Counted from the first letter of the stretch, positions 26,681 through 36,903 are shown. The stretch is 64,000 bases of DNA from Candidatus Kuenenbacteria bacterium (GCA_013202715.1 JABMRF010000040.1:4376-68375), one strand, 5' to 3'. Notes: generated by a model from the letters alone, not told the origin. Numbers and translations are program-made.

Positions 26681-27976
26681 ATGACGCCGGAAGAAAGACC
26701 AAGGATTGAAGTAGCAGGAAAAGGACCAGGGAAATGGGAAATTCTCATTGAGGCTTCTCAACACCCTAACCAGGCCTTTCCTTTTCAAAGGAAGGGATTG
26801 GCCAACGCATTTGTTGAAGCCAAGATCCACGGCGCACATTGGATCTCTGACACGACACAGTTTACTGTTTGCCCAGAATTAGAGAGTGATGTTGTGATTC
26901 TTTGGGGACAATTTGTAGATCGAATCAAAATTCTTGACATTCTTGAGCTTGACCAAACCATGCTTGAAATCTATCCCAATTGGCATGGCGCATTTTGGGG
27001 CAGTTATGACTATAGACTACGCCGCGGGGTTTTGGAGCCAATATTCAAGCCAATTGAACTGAGCTCAACGATGAACCCAAGGCTTGCCAAGGCTCTACCT
27101 CTGCACTTTATTCAGGCACAAGAAGCGGTACCGTCTCGCCTGGCCAAGTACTGGGAGCCAACCGGTCCCACACTGGAACAAAAACTGGAAATTCTCAAAC
27201 GCTTTATCGAGGATCAAAATATTAGCCAAAGCACAAAACGTGTCTTAGCCTGGCTAATTGATAGATCAGACAAACTGCAAAAAGATGTTGTTCTGCATTT
27301 TGAAGATGACATGCTTGAACTTGGCAAAACAGTTACCCGGGAGACACATAGACTGAACAGCTCCTCACATGATTTTGACTTACATGGATTTCTCAAAGAA
27401 CTTGTGCTTGATTGCCACTTTGGTGATGGCGGATATAAAAACAGAATATCTGTTTTTCTTACGCCTGGATTCTGTTCACTTGGTGATTGCAAAAGCAAGC
27501 CGATCATTCTGCGCTCAGAAACTGATCTGGTCAAAAGAGAAATCACTACGACCAGCATGACCCATGAAGAAAAAATTCAGACGCTAAGACGCTTTATTAT
27601 TGAAATGGAAGATGTTAGTGATTTTTGCAAAAAGGCTTTGCTGTATTTGATTAAAAGATCAGATGGATTAAAAAATGATACTTGCCTTGTAATGACCGGT
27701 CAGAATGAAGATATCGGCAGACAGATCGCAGTAGCTGTAGAAGAGATGAACTCCTCAAGCGGCAGAATAAGAGTTGATCTATTTCTCAAAAAAATGGGTA
27801 TGAACAATTGGTTAGCTTGCCGGCAACAAGACTTTGGCACTGCAAATAGATATGCCTATTTCATCTTCTGCTCTCAAGGCCATTACTATCCTGAAGAAAA
27901 AAACTTGCATGACCAAATTGTGTATATAAGCAAAGAAGACCTTGAACCAATTTATGATATGGAATTAACAGTTTAA
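26681..27976 (+). CDS. hypothetical protein with two internal ~55-aa repeats
   Basis: AGGAGG RBS before ATG 26681 (ORF-track start 26594 is an in-frame upstream extension); repeats EQKLEILKRFIEDQ.../HEEKIQTLRRFIIEME...; GC about 45%. Confidence 0.55.
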   Translation: MTPEERPRIEVAGKGPGKWEILIEASQHPNQAFPFQRKGLANAFVEAKIHGAHWISDTTQFTVCPELESDVVILWGQFVDRIKILDILELDQTMLEIYPNWHGAFWGSYDYRLRRGVLEPIFKPIELSSTMNPRLAKALPLHFIQAQEAVPSRLAKYWEPTGPTLEQKLEILKRFIEDQNISQSTKRVLAWLIDRSDKLQKDVVLHFEDDMLELGKTVTRETHRLNSSSHDFDLHGFLKELVLDCHFGDGGYKNRISVFLTPGFCSLGDCKSKPIILRSETDLVKREITTTSMTHEEKIQTLRRFIIEMEDVSDFCKKALLYLIKRSDGLKNDTCLVMTGQNEDIGRQIAVAVEEMNSSSGRIRVDLFLKKMGMNNWLACRQQDFGTANRYAYFIFCSQGHYYPEEKNLHDQIVYISKEDLEPIYDMELTV

Positions 27977-27984
27977 AACCAAAA

Positions 27985-28020
27985 CCCCGCGCTCAACTGA
28001 GCCGGGTTTTTTTATTTTAT
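27985..28020. terminator. bidirectional terminator
   Basis: cccgcgctc-aact-gagccggg plus T7. Confidence 0.65.
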
Positions 28021-28095
28021 TAATTTTCTACCTGACTTCAAGTCAGTTCAACTGCAAAGGGCGGTGAGCCCACTGGAAGTGGGGCAGAATTTTTT

Positions 28096-29925
28096 TTAAC
28101 GCTTCATAACCGCCAAAAACGCCTCAGGCGGAATATTTACTTTTCCTTTGCCCAGAGCCATCATCTTCTTCTTACCCTTCTTCTGCTTGGTTAAGAGCTT
28201 CTGACGACGAGAGTAGTCACCACCATAGAGCTTCGCTGTTACATCCTTTCGAAGAGCGCTGATTCGCTCACCCGCAATAATCTTACCGCCGAGAGCGGCC
28301 TGGAGTTTGATTACAAACTGCTGACGAGGAATAGTTTCCTTCAGACTTTTTACTATTTGTTTACCTATTTTAAATGATGAATCTTTGTACACAATGGTAC
28401 CAAAGGCTTCAACTATTTCTTCGCCAACCAAAACATCCATTTTGACAAGTTCAGCAGTTTTGTATTTATCAAAGTCATAGTTCATTGAGCCATATCCTGA
28501 AGTTACAGTTTTTAATTTATCGTAAAAATCCACGATGAGCATTGCCAATGGAATTCGATAGTGAAGGATCACGCGAGTTTCGTCAATAAATTCAGTTGTT
28601 AAATATTCACCACGAGAATCCTGAACTAGAGTCATCACATTGCCCATAAAATCCTTTGGGCAAACAATATCAACAGTCATCAATGGCTCTTCCATATGAG
28701 CAATAACGGTCGGATCTGGAAATTCATTCGGGTTTTTGATTAAATATTCTGTATCTGAAACAATTTGTTCAACTTTTATATTTGGTGGAAAACTTTTCGG
28801 ACTTCTCAAAACAACTTTGTAAGCAACGCTCGGTACAGTTACAACTAGATCTAAGCCAAACTCACGTCTGAGCCTTTCCTGAAAAATTTCCAGATGAAGC
28901 ATTCCCAGAAATCCGCAACGAAAACCAAGCCCGAGAACTGGAGAGCTTTCTGGTTCAAATGCTAGAGCTGCGTCATTCAACTTTAATTTACTAATGCCTT
29001 CACGTAGCTCGGTATATTCATTTCCTTCCTGACAAAAAATACCGGCATACACCATTGGCTTTACTTCCTTGTAATCTGCCAGAACCTCAAAATTACCTCT
29101 GTCTTCAATGCGTGAAATAGTATCACCGACTCGACATTTTTCAATTTCTTTTAGTCCTGTCACGATATAGCCAATTTCTCCGGTGCCGACTGTATCGCGC
29201 GAAACTAGATTTGGCTTCAATACTCCGCAATCCAATACTTCACCAAGAGCGCCGGATCCGGCCATAAAAATCTTATCTCCCTTTTTCACAACTCCGTCAA
29301 CAACGCGGACATACGCAACCACTCCCTTGTATTCATCAAAAAATGAATCAAAGGTCAATGCCCGAAGCGCGCTGTCTTCCACTCCCGTTGGAGCAGGAAC
29401 ACATTCGATAACTTTATCAAGGATAGGTTCAATGCCCATGCCTGTTTTCGCACTACAAGTCAGGATATCTTCCTTTTTGCAACCAATCAAATTGATAATT
29501 TCCTGGGACACTTTTTCAACGTTCGCAGCCGGAAGATCAATTTTATTTATCACAGGAATTATTTCCAAATCCTGTTCAATTGCCAGGTATAAGTTTGCCA
29601 AAGTCTGGGCCTGCACTCCCTGTGCTGCGTCAACGAGCAGGATTGCGCCTTCAACTGCGGCCAAAGACCTCGAAACTTCATAATTAAAGTCAACATGACC
29701 GGGCGTATCAATTAGATTCAAAACATGATCATTGTATTCCATCTGCGCAGGCTGAAGTTTGATCGTAATCCCCCGCTCGCGTTCCAAATCCATGGTATCG
29801 AGAAGCTGTTCTTTCATGTCTCTTTTTTCAACAGTTCCAGTAAATTCCAAAAACCGATCAGCCAGGGTACTTTTCCCGTGATCTATATGTGCGATAATGC
29901 AAAAATTTCTGATTTTGTTCATCAT
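28096..29925 (-). CDS. lepA: elongation factor 4 (LepA)
   Basis: IIAHIDHGKSTLADR G-domain, LepA C-terminal domain; start re-assigned to MMNKIRNF after a TATTAT box. Confidence 0.9.
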   Translation of the reverse strand: MMNKIRNFCIIAHIDHGKSTLADRFLEFTGTVEKRDMKEQLLDTMDLERERGITIKLQPAQMEYNDHVLNLIDTPGHVDFNYEVSRSLAAVEGAILLVDAAQGVQAQTLANLYLAIEQDLEIIPVINKIDLPAANVEKVSQEIINLIGCKKEDILTCSAKTGMGIEPILDKVIECVPAPTGVEDSALRALTFDSFFDEYKGVVAYVRVVDGVVKKGDKIFMAGSGALGEVLDCGVLKPNLVSRDTVGTGEIGYIVTGLKEIEKCRVGDTISRIEDRGNFEVLADYKEVKPMVYAGIFCQEGNEYTELREGISKLKLNDAALAFEPESSPVLGLGFRCGFLGMLHLEIFQERLRREFGLDLVVTVPSVAYKVVLRSPKSFPPNIKVEQIVSDTEYLIKNPNEFPDPTVIAHMEEPLMTVDIVCPKDFMGNVMTLVQDSRGEYLTTEFIDETRVILHYRIPLAMLIVDFYDKLKTVTSGYGSMNYDFDKYKTAELVKMDVLVGEEIVEAFGTIVYKDSSFKIGKQIVKSLKETIPRQQFVIKLQAALGGKIIAGERISALRKDVTAKLYGGDYSRRQKLLTKQKKGKKKMMALGKGKVNIPPEAFLAVMKR

Positions 29926-29966
29926 AGTAATGGTATAATAGACCATTTTCAATAAAAAATCAAGGA

Positions 29967-29992
29967 CAAAAAAAGACGCTCGCTGAGCGTCT
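29967..29992 (-). terminator. rho-independent terminator
   Basis: agacgct-cgctg-agcgtct with T-run on minus strand. Confidence 0.65.
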
Positions 29993-30003
29993 ATTGTTTT
30001 TCA

Positions 30004-30795
30004 CTATTCTTCACTCCCATCTTCAACGGGCTCTTTCAGCTCATCTGGTAAGCATTCTGCGATTGCGCAGGGGGTGCCCCTTTCCTCAGCTCCTGCTTCC
30101 ATTTCATCAAGGCCCTGGCGAACTCGATCAACATGCTCCAGGGCCTGTTCAGCTACCTCTGGCGGAGCCTCTACTCCGTCCAAATGAGGAGGTGGGCCTT
30201 CATGCGGAATCTCATTCTGAAGTGCCCCCACACTATGAAGTAAACCACCTACTGAAACACAACCACCAGCCTCTTTTGCTGCTAATTCCAGCATACGCTC
30301 AGCAGTCATCATGGGTTCTACTTGAGAACCTTGATAACTTTGTACTAAAGCTAAATCTCTCTTCGTACGTAAGGCAAGATTTTCGTGATATTCGAGGCCC
30401 AACTGAGATTTTTCCTCTGGACCAACAAAACATATTTCTGCATAAACATACGTTTTTGAATGAACCGATCTCGGTTCAGTAGAATCAACCAGTGTCAGAA
30501 CGAAATCAGTGGCTGTGGCCCGCAAGTAGTTAAACATTGTGCTGTCAAACTCACACAACAACACATCGGACAAAGCAGCTTGTGCCGCAAAGCACTCTTC
30601 CATGCTCCCATACTGCTCGCTATACCAACGCATTGGCATGCACTTTGCAAGTGGCACACCAGCTGCGTTAATAATTACAACATACCGATTTGAGAGGATA
30701 ACACCCTTAAGGTTTTGAAAAAAATCGCTTTGCTTGAGAAACAGTCTTTGATCTGTTTCTCTAGCCGACGCTGTCCTAATTTTTTGTTCTGTCAT
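30004..30795 (-). CDS. hypothetical protein (GC-rich, about 50%)
   Basis: AGGAGG RBS before ATG 30795; no recognisable motif. Confidence 0.5.
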   Translation of the reverse strand: MTEQKIRTASARETDQRLFLKQSDFFQNLKGVILSNRYVVIINAAGVPLAKCMPMRWYSEQYGSMEECFAAQAALSDVLLCEFDSTMFNYLRATATDFVLTLVDSTEPRSVHSKTYVYAEICFVGPEEKSQLGLEYHENLALRTKRDLALVQSYQGSQVEPMMTAERMLELAAKEAGGCVSVGGLLHSVGALQNEIPHEGPPPHLDGVEAPPEVAEQALEHVDRVRQGLDEMEAGAEERGTPCAIAECLPDELKEPVEDGSEE

Positions 30796-30954
30796 CACTT
30801 CCTCCTTGGCAGATGAACACAAAATTTGTTCAAATGAGAATAAACAAACGAAACTGAACACGTACATTGTTCAATGAATACCATATTTCAACTTATCATA
30901 TAAAATTGAATATATCAACAATATAGAAGATATTAACTAAATGCACACTAAGCA

Positions 30955-30983
30955 TTGACAGGCTTATTACACCATGCTATATT
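30955..30983 (+). promoter_or_regulatory. sigma70-type promoter TTGACA-17-tgcTATATT
   Basis: TTGACA 30955-30960, extended -10 at 30975-30983. Confidence 0.65.
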
Positions 30984-31093
30984 GAACAGTTATCCGCTAA
31001 TTTAACAATCCTTTTTCTCTCTATTGAATAACAAAAACAAAGCCCTTCTTCGCTCTGTACTTACTCAGAGCTTCGAAGGACAAGGAGGAAAGC

Positions 31094-31492
31094 ATGCTGA
31101 AGTACTGTCTTGGTGGAATTGGATTTTTGTTCTTTGTTCTCATCGTTTCAGCAAAAGCCCAGGTTTTTCTGGAACAACTGATTGACCTGCCCAACGTTCT
31201 CGAATTCGGAATTTGTGCAATCCCTCTCGTCGCAATTCTCGTTTCCATGATCCATGATGTGGTCAATAGAACCAAGGGCTTTAAGAACGCTTCCCTGTCA
31301 ACTCTTGCGGGAATCGGTGTACTGTTCTTTTTCATGATGGTTGCAAATAACGGAGCAAACTTCATGGATATTCTGGCCAAGCTCTCACCTTTTGAACAAG
31401 GGACAATCGTTGCTATTCCGATTCTTGCCCTTGTCGCATCCACTGTCGTGGATATTGCATTGCCAAGAAAAACAAAAAAGGCCTCAAGCTAG
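31094..31492 (+). CDS. small multi-TM membrane protein (132 aa)
   Basis: AGGAGG RBS, promoter, terminator; four hydrophobic helices. Confidence 0.6.
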   Translation: MLKYCLGGIGFLFFVLIVSAKAQVFLEQLIDLPNVLEFGICAIPLVAILVSMIHDVVNRTKGFKNASLSTLAGIGVLFFFMMVANNGANFMDILAKLSPFEQGTIVAIPILALVASTVVDIALPRKTKKASS

Positions 31493-31502
31493 TCTCAACA
31501 AA

Positions 31503-31535
31503 AACCCCAGCCCTCTTCGGCCGGGGTTTTTCAAT
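31503..31535. terminator. bidirectional terminator
   Basis: ccccagccc-tcttc-ggccgggg plus T5. Confidence 0.65.
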
Positions 31536-31551
31536 TAAAAAATCATGATAA

Positions 31552-33183
31552 CTATAATGAATCACGAATCCCCTCTTTTTCAATTTTGACTTTCTTGAAC
31601 ATCTTTCGCTTCAAGCTGGCCATAAAGCTAAGTAACTCTTCAGTCTTCAATAAATAGCCAACCAAGACGAAAACAGCGATTCCGACAATTCCTGCGACAA
31701 ATCCTTGCGTCAAAACCCCCCAGAACCTCTGCATGTCAACTGATAACCCAATCCAAGTCTTGATATATTGCGCCGCGACTCCCATTAACAAAGACGCAAA
31801 AGAAATTTTTGCCAGAGCGATTAGAATTCCATTGTGTCCGATATCTTTTACTTTTATTTTTAACCAAACAACAAGTAGTATAAAGTTTATAATTGAGCTA
31901 ATTGAAAATCCGAGAGCGAGTCCGAGTACACCAATTTTTTGCACAAGAAACCAAGTTAAAAATATATTAACAACCAGACTCACAAACGCCGCGTAAAAAG
32001 GCAACTTTGTATTGTGCCGAGCATAAAAAGTGCGCGCCAATAGTGGCAATAACGCTTGGGCGAATAAACTCATTGCAAACAAGCCAAGTGAATTCGCAGT
32101 TAACTCCGTAGCATTCCAGTCAAACTGTCCCGCACCGAGAATTACACGTACAATCTGCGCTCGCAGAATAATTAGTAAAATTGAAAACGGAATAACAAAA
32201 AATAAAATTTGCTTGAATGTGCGATGAAAGGTTTTCCTGAACTGCACCTCGTCTTTATTTGCAAAAGCCTTGGATAGCACAGGAAAAGCGGCCAGCGCAA
32301 AAGAAACACCAAAGAGTCCAATTGCAAAACTTTGTAAATTATTAGCCAAATTAAATACCGTCAAACTTCCAGCGGCCAAAGTCGAAGCAAAGATCGTAAT
32401 TACAATTAAGTTTAACTGAGTACTGGCTAAACCAAGAATTCTCGGCCCCATCATTTTTACAATTTTGACAAAGTTCGAATCCTTAAAATTCAAAAGTAGG
32501 CGATAACCAAAGCCCAGCCGAAAAACTGTTGGAATCTGAATCAGCAAATGCAGACCAGCGCCAAGTATGACACCAAATGCCAGTCCGTAAATATTATATC
32601 TTTCAGTTAGAAACAAAGCGCCAAAAATTATTCCCAGATTATACATTACCGGAGCCAAAGCAAAAACAAAAAATCTTTTGTACGATTGCAAGACTCCGCC
32701 AAAAACTCCACTAAGACCAAGAAGTATCGGACTAAAAAACATTAATCGAGTCAAATTTATTGTCAGCTGAAGTTTATCACCACTAAATCCGGGCGTAATT
32801 AACGGTACAAGCCAAGGACTCAAAACTGCCAATATCAAACAGGCACCAAACAAAAACAGGGCAATAATATTCAAGATATTGTTAACCAAATTCCAAGCCT
32901 GCTCATTTGCTTTGTAAAGTGGGCTTTCTTCATTTTTTATTAATCCAATGAAGACAGGAATAAAGCCTGCGGATAAAGCGCCGAGGACAATCAGATTATA
33001 AACTAAATCAGGAACACGAAAGGCAGCATAATAAATATCAAGCTCGTTTCCAGCTCCAAACTGACCGGCCAAAATTCGGTCACGTACGATTCCCAAAACT
33101 CGAGAAAGCAAACCCGCCGCGGCGATGACCACTGCGGCTGAAGTTATTGAATTGAATTTGGTAGCAAGAAGTTTTTTGAACAT
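31552..33183 (-). CDS. murJ: lipid II flippase MurJ
   Basis: LSRVLGIVRDRILAGQFGAG, MviN/MurJ multi-TM pattern; start set at MFKKLL. Confidence 0.85.
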   Translation of the reverse strand: MFKKLLATKFNSITSAAVVIAAAGLLSRVLGIVRDRILAGQFGAGNELDIYYAAFRVPDLVYNLIVLGALSAGFIPVFIGLIKNEESPLYKANEQAWNLVNNILNIIALFLFGACLILAVLSPWLVPLITPGFSGDKLQLTINLTRLMFFSPILLGLSGVFGGVLQSYKRFFVFALAPVMYNLGIIFGALFLTERYNIYGLAFGVILGAGLHLLIQIPTVFRLGFGYRLLLNFKDSNFVKIVKMMGPRILGLASTQLNLIVITIFASTLAAGSLTVFNLANNLQSFAIGLFGVSFALAAFPVLSKAFANKDEVQFRKTFHRTFKQILFFVIPFSILLIILRAQIVRVILGAGQFDWNATELTANSLGLFAMSLFAQALLPLLARTFYARHNTKLPFYAAFVSLVVNIFLTWFLVQKIGVLGLALGFSISSIINFILLVVWLKIKVKDIGHNGILIALAKISFASLLMGVAAQYIKTWIGLSVDMQRFWGVLTQGFVAGIVGIAVFVLVGYLLKTEELLSFMASLKRKMFKKVKIEKEGIRDSL

Positions 33184-33193
33184 GAAGTAAGTT

Positions 33194-33270
33194 CCCCCCA
33201 GTGGGGGTGTAAGGATACGCGCAGGCGCGTTGAAATTAAGGGTGATTGCGCCCCCACTCAAGTGGGGGGA
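33194..33270. repeat. GC-rich hairpins with CCCCCACT/AGTGGGGG stems
   Basis: ccccccagtggggg ... cgcgcaggcgcg ... cccccactcaagtgggggg. Confidence 0.6.
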
Positions 33271-33285
33271 ATGGAAGGATTGGGC

Positions 33286-35367
33286 TCAAACTAGGATTCG
33301 CACATCCACTACACTTAATCCCTTTTCATCTACAAACGCGGGATTAATATCCATTTCCTGAATTTCTGGGAAATCTACAGCTAACTGGGAAAGTTTTAAA
33401 ATTGTATTTACAATTGAATCTGTATTCGAAGCTTTTTCTCCGCGAACTCCGGTCAACAGCTTATATGATTTTATTTCTTTTACCATCATCTCAGCCTGCT
33501 GCTTACTGAGGGGAGCTAAACGGAATGCCACATCCTTCAAAACTTCGACGTAAACGCCTCCCAAACCGAACATGAAAAGCGGACCGAACTGCGGATCTCT
33601 TTTCAGACCGAGAATTATTTCTTTTCCGCCCTTGGCCATTGGTTGAAGCAAGACTCCGTCAATCTTGGCGTTTTTCTTATATTTTTTACAGTTCTTAAGT
33701 ATTTCATTGAAAGCTACCATCACCTGCTTTTTGTCCTGAAGTTTGATCTTTACTCCGCCCGCATCTGACTTGTGAATGATATCTTTTGAAATCACTTTCA
33801 TGGCAATCGGATAGCCGAGCTTGCCTGCAAGCTGACCCGCCTGAGCTGATGACTTTGCCAGGCCTGAACTGACAACAGGAATATTGTAAGCTTTCAAGAT
33901 ATTTTCACAGTCCAGAAAATCAACCGATTCGCCAGCGGAATTCTTGCTTAACAATTTTTTGATCTGCTCTTTTTTTGCTCCGCTGACTTTAATTTTTGGA
34001 AAACTATCTTTTGCTGTCTTGTTTTTGTGATATAAATAAAATTTTTCTAATGACTTGACCGCGATTTCCGGATACAAGTAGTGCGGAATGTTATTTTGTT
34101 CTAAAATTTCAATCCCGGATTTAACTTTTTTCCCGCCAATAAAACTGGCCACTACAGGTTTTTTCATTTTCTTGGCATAATTAACGACCATCTGTGCAGT
34201 CTTATCAATTTCAGTTACAGTTTGCGGAGTTAAAATTGTGATGAGAGCGCCGACATTTTTGTCTTTCAATACTGCATTCATGGCTACTTCATATCTGTCA
34301 GCGCGCGCATCGCCAATCACGTCCACCGGATTGTGAATATTGGCAGTAGCTGGAAGATTTTTTTTCAAAATTAAAGAAGTACCGCTTTGGAATTTTGCCA
34401 GCTCTAACGCTGACTGGGCAATCGCGTCCGTTGTAAGAACTCCAGGTCCGCCGGCATTGGCCACAACCGCAACCTGATTATTTTTCATTTCATAATCACT
34501 TGAAAAAAGTTTTATTAGATTAAACAGCTCAGCCAACCCCTCGGCTCGCAGAGTGTTTGTCTGCGTAAAAGCTGCTTCAACCGCTTCATTTGCGCCGGCA
34601 AGAGATCCGGTGTGAGAGGCAATTGCCGCCTGGCCAGCTTCAGTTTGACCAGATTTAATTATGATCAGCGGTTTTTTGGCTGATAACTTTTTGGCCAACT
34701 TCAAAAACTTTTGACCGTCGGCAAATCCTTCCAAATAAGCGAGAACTACTTTTGTCTTTTTATCGTTAATAAAAAACTGAATCAGATCATTTTCATTAAT
34801 ACCACTTTTGTTTCCAAGACTGATAAACCGAGAAAAGCCAAAATTCTTTAGGTTTGCCCAATCGAGCATTGCGGTACAAATTGCGCCTGACTGGGACATG
34901 AAAGCCACAGTGCCCGGCATAATCATCCCTTCTGCAAATGAAGCATTCAAACTGATCGTTGAATCCAAAAGCCCAAGGCAGTTCGGACCCAAGACATTAA
35001 TCTTGTATTTTTCAGCAACTGCAATTAATTCATCTTCCATCTGTTTTCCTTGTTTACCAACTTCTTTGAATCCTGCGGTAATAATAATTGCATTTTGGAT
35101 CCCCTTTTCCCCGCACTCAACCAAAACCGGTTTTACAAAAGGCGCGGGAATAACAAAAACAGCCAAATCAACTTTGCCTGGGATGTTTTTCACAGATGGA
35201 TAGGCTTTCAAGCCCTGAATCTTTTTACTTTTTAGATTAACTGGATAAATTTTCCCTTTAAATTTGAAATCAATAATGTTTTTCAAAATCGTGTATCCCA
35301 ATTTTTCTTTTTCGGGCGACGCACCAATAACTGCAATTGACTTGGGACTAAAAAAAGAATCTAACAT
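33286..35367 (-). CDS. acetyl-CoA synthetase, ADP-forming (fused alpha/beta)
   Basis: CoA-binding N-terminus (SIAVIGAS), succinyl-CoA synthetase-like flavodoxin domain, C-terminal ATP-grasp. Confidence 0.8.
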   Translation of the reverse strand: MLDSFFSPKSIAVIGASPEKEKLGYTILKNIIDFKFKGKIYPVNLKSKKIQGLKAYPSVKNIPGKVDLAVFVIPAPFVKPVLVECGEKGIQNAIIITAGFKEVGKQGKQMEDELIAVAEKYKINVLGPNCLGLLDSTISLNASFAEGMIMPGTVAFMSQSGAICTAMLDWANLKNFGFSRFISLGNKSGINENDLIQFFINDKKTKVVLAYLEGFADGQKFLKLAKKLSAKKPLIIIKSGQTEAGQAAIASHTGSLAGANEAVEAAFTQTNTLRAEGLAELFNLIKLFSSDYEMKNNQVAVVANAGGPGVLTTDAIAQSALELAKFQSGTSLILKKNLPATANIHNPVDVIGDARADRYEVAMNAVLKDKNVGALITILTPQTVTEIDKTAQMVVNYAKKMKKPVVASFIGGKKVKSGIEILEQNNIPHYLYPEIAVKSLEKFYLYHKNKTAKDSFPKIKVSGAKKEQIKKLLSKNSAGESVDFLDCENILKAYNIPVVSSGLAKSSAQAGQLAGKLGYPIAMKVISKDIIHKSDAGGVKIKLQDKKQVMVAFNEILKNCKKYKKNAKIDGVLLQPMAKGGKEIILGLKRDPQFGPLFMFGLGGVYVEVLKDVAFRLAPLSKQQAEMMVKEIKSYKLLTGVRGEKASNTDSIVNTILKLSQLAVDFPEIQEMDINPAFVDEKGLSVVDVRILV

Positions 35368-35404
35368 ACTGGTGAGTAGAGATTAGTTATTAGAGATTAG
35401 TATT

Positions 35405-35968
35405 TTAAACAATGACTTCGCCTTCACCTCCACTTGAAATTCCGGAAGCGTTCGCCTCATCGGTATCAATAACAATAGCAAAATCATAATCCTCTTTTAC
35501 CCTTACTTCAACTTCATCAAAAATTAAAGCTCTTGGTCCTTCAATTTTAACTTTAATCTTCTGAGCATTATTTAGATTCAATTCTGAAGCTCGATCCGGA
35601 TCAACTTTTAGGTGACGCATTGGAACAATAAGCCCTTCTTCAAGTTCTAACTCGCCTTTTGGTCCGACAACCTTGACCGGGCCGGAGCGAATAACTTTTC
35701 CGGACAATCTAAGCGGTGCATTCAAGCCAAGTCGATAGGCATCACTTTTTGAAACTTCGATTTGGGTGTGAATCTTGCACGGCCCGACAACTCTGACATT
35801 TTCCAGGGTTGTCTTTGATCCGACCAATTTAACAACATCCGAGCTGGTATATTCACCTGACGATAAATCTTTTTGTTTTTTCAGATCATAACCCTCCCCA
35901 AACAAGACCTCCAAATCATGTTGAGTAAAATGCGCATGTCGAGCTGATACTTCAATTTTTACATTCAT
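35405..35968 (-). CDS. PduL-type phosphate acetyl/propanoyl-transferase
   Basis: SARHAHFTQHDLEVLFG and PMRHLKVDP duplicated PduL motifs. Confidence 0.7.
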   Translation of the reverse strand: MNVKIEVSARHAHFTQHDLEVLFGEGYDLKKQKDLSSGEYTSSDVVKLVGSKTTLENVRVVGPCKIHTQIEVSKSDAYRLGLNAPLRLSGKVIRSGPVKVVGPKGELELEEGLIVPMRHLKVDPDRASELNLNNAQKIKVKIEGPRALIFDEVEVRVKEDYDFAIVIDTDEANASGISSGGEGEVIV

Positions 35969-35975
35969 ATACTTA

Positions 35976-36068
35976 TAAATTAGAAATTAGAAACTTGAAA
36001 CTAGGGTTAAGACTGGATTTTACATCCATTATTCCTACCCTAATTTCCAATTTCCAGTTTCCAGTTTC
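35976..36068. repeat. inverted pair of heptamer arrays (AAATTAG/AAACTTG vs GGAAATT/GGAAACT) in a divergent promoter region
   Basis: aaattagaaattagaaacttgaaactag ... ctaatttccaatttccagtttccagtttc. Confidence 0.75.
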
Positions 36069-36144
36069 TTCTTTCATTTACATTTTATCATATTTTACAG
36101 AAAAATGAAAACCCAACTGTTAAAACTGGTTGATAACTATAATA

Positions 36145-36173
36145 TTGACAAAACAAAGGCAACTTGATATATT
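36145..36173 (+). promoter_or_regulatory. sigma70-type promoter TTGACA-17-TATATT
   Basis: TTGACA 36145-36150, TATATT 36168-36173. Confidence 0.6.
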
Positions 36174-36214
36174 AGAATGAAACATTGTTCATTTAACTAA
36201 ATTTGGAGATAAAA

Positions 36215-36868
36215 ATGCTTAAAAACAAGGTACCGCCAAGAAAAGAGTTTTTTGCAGAAGTAAGAAGGCAAATTTCCGATGAAAGATGTATTACCGCAAT
36301 TGAAGTGGCTTATAATATAGCCAAAGAAGCGCATCGCCAACAAAGAAGAGAAGATGGTGAACGCTATTTTGATCATGTGAAAGCAGTTGCTTGGATTTTA
36401 CTCACAGAAACCAACATTACTGATCAGCTACGTTTAACTATCATGCTCTGCGCAGCTCTTCTTCACGATATCATTGAAGACACTTTTGTCGCTAAAAGAA
36501 AACACCTCAAGTTTATGTTTGATCAGCTTTCACCTGATATCACTTCCGTTGCGTGGGAAGTTACAAAGGTAAGAACAAGTGACAAAAATAAAAAGTTTAA
36601 AAAGCTCCTGGCCAGTAATCGTGCCGCGACAAAACTGGTCAAGCTTGGAGACAGGTTACACAACCAAAGAACATTACTCGCCTGCTCACGGAAAAAAATA
36701 CGGAGAAAGAATCGTGAAACCAGAGAAATAATTATCTCTTGGGCGCAAAGTAATTTGCACTTGGTTGATGAAACCAGTCGACAGGAAATTCTTTCCTTGG
36801 CTGAAAAAGTTGAGTTACAGACTACCGAAAATGAACAGTGGCTACTAATGCCCCGCAAAAAAAAATAA
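36215..36868 (+). CDS. HD-domain (p)ppGpp-hydrolase-like protein (RelA/SpoT N-terminal HD fold, small alarmone hydrolase-like)
   Basis: REDGERYFDHVKAVAWIL ... LLHDIIEDT; ATG 36215 after GGAG (track start 36203 is TTG). Confidence 0.65.
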   Translation: MLKNKVPPRKEFFAEVRRQISDERCITAIEVAYNIAKEAHRQQRREDGERYFDHVKAVAWILLTETNITDQLRLTIMLCAALLHDIIEDTFVAKRKHLKFMFDQLSPDITSVAWEVTKVRTSDKNKKFKKLLASNRAATKLVKLGDRLHNQRTLLACSRKKIRRKNRETREIIISWAQSNLHLVDETSRQEILSLAEKVELQTTENEQWLLMPRKKK

Positions 36869-36872
36869 CAGC

Positions 36873-36903
36873 CCTTGCAACCAAGGAGCTGTTTTTTGTT
36901 CGG
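36873..36903 (+). terminator. rho-independent terminator
   Basis: acagcccttg-caac-caaggagctgt plus T6. Confidence 0.65.

Noticed and set aside
31021-31443. Minus-strand ORF 31021-31443
   Set aside because: Antisense to the plus-strand membrane-protein gene, which has a consensus promoter, AGGAGG RBS and terminator.
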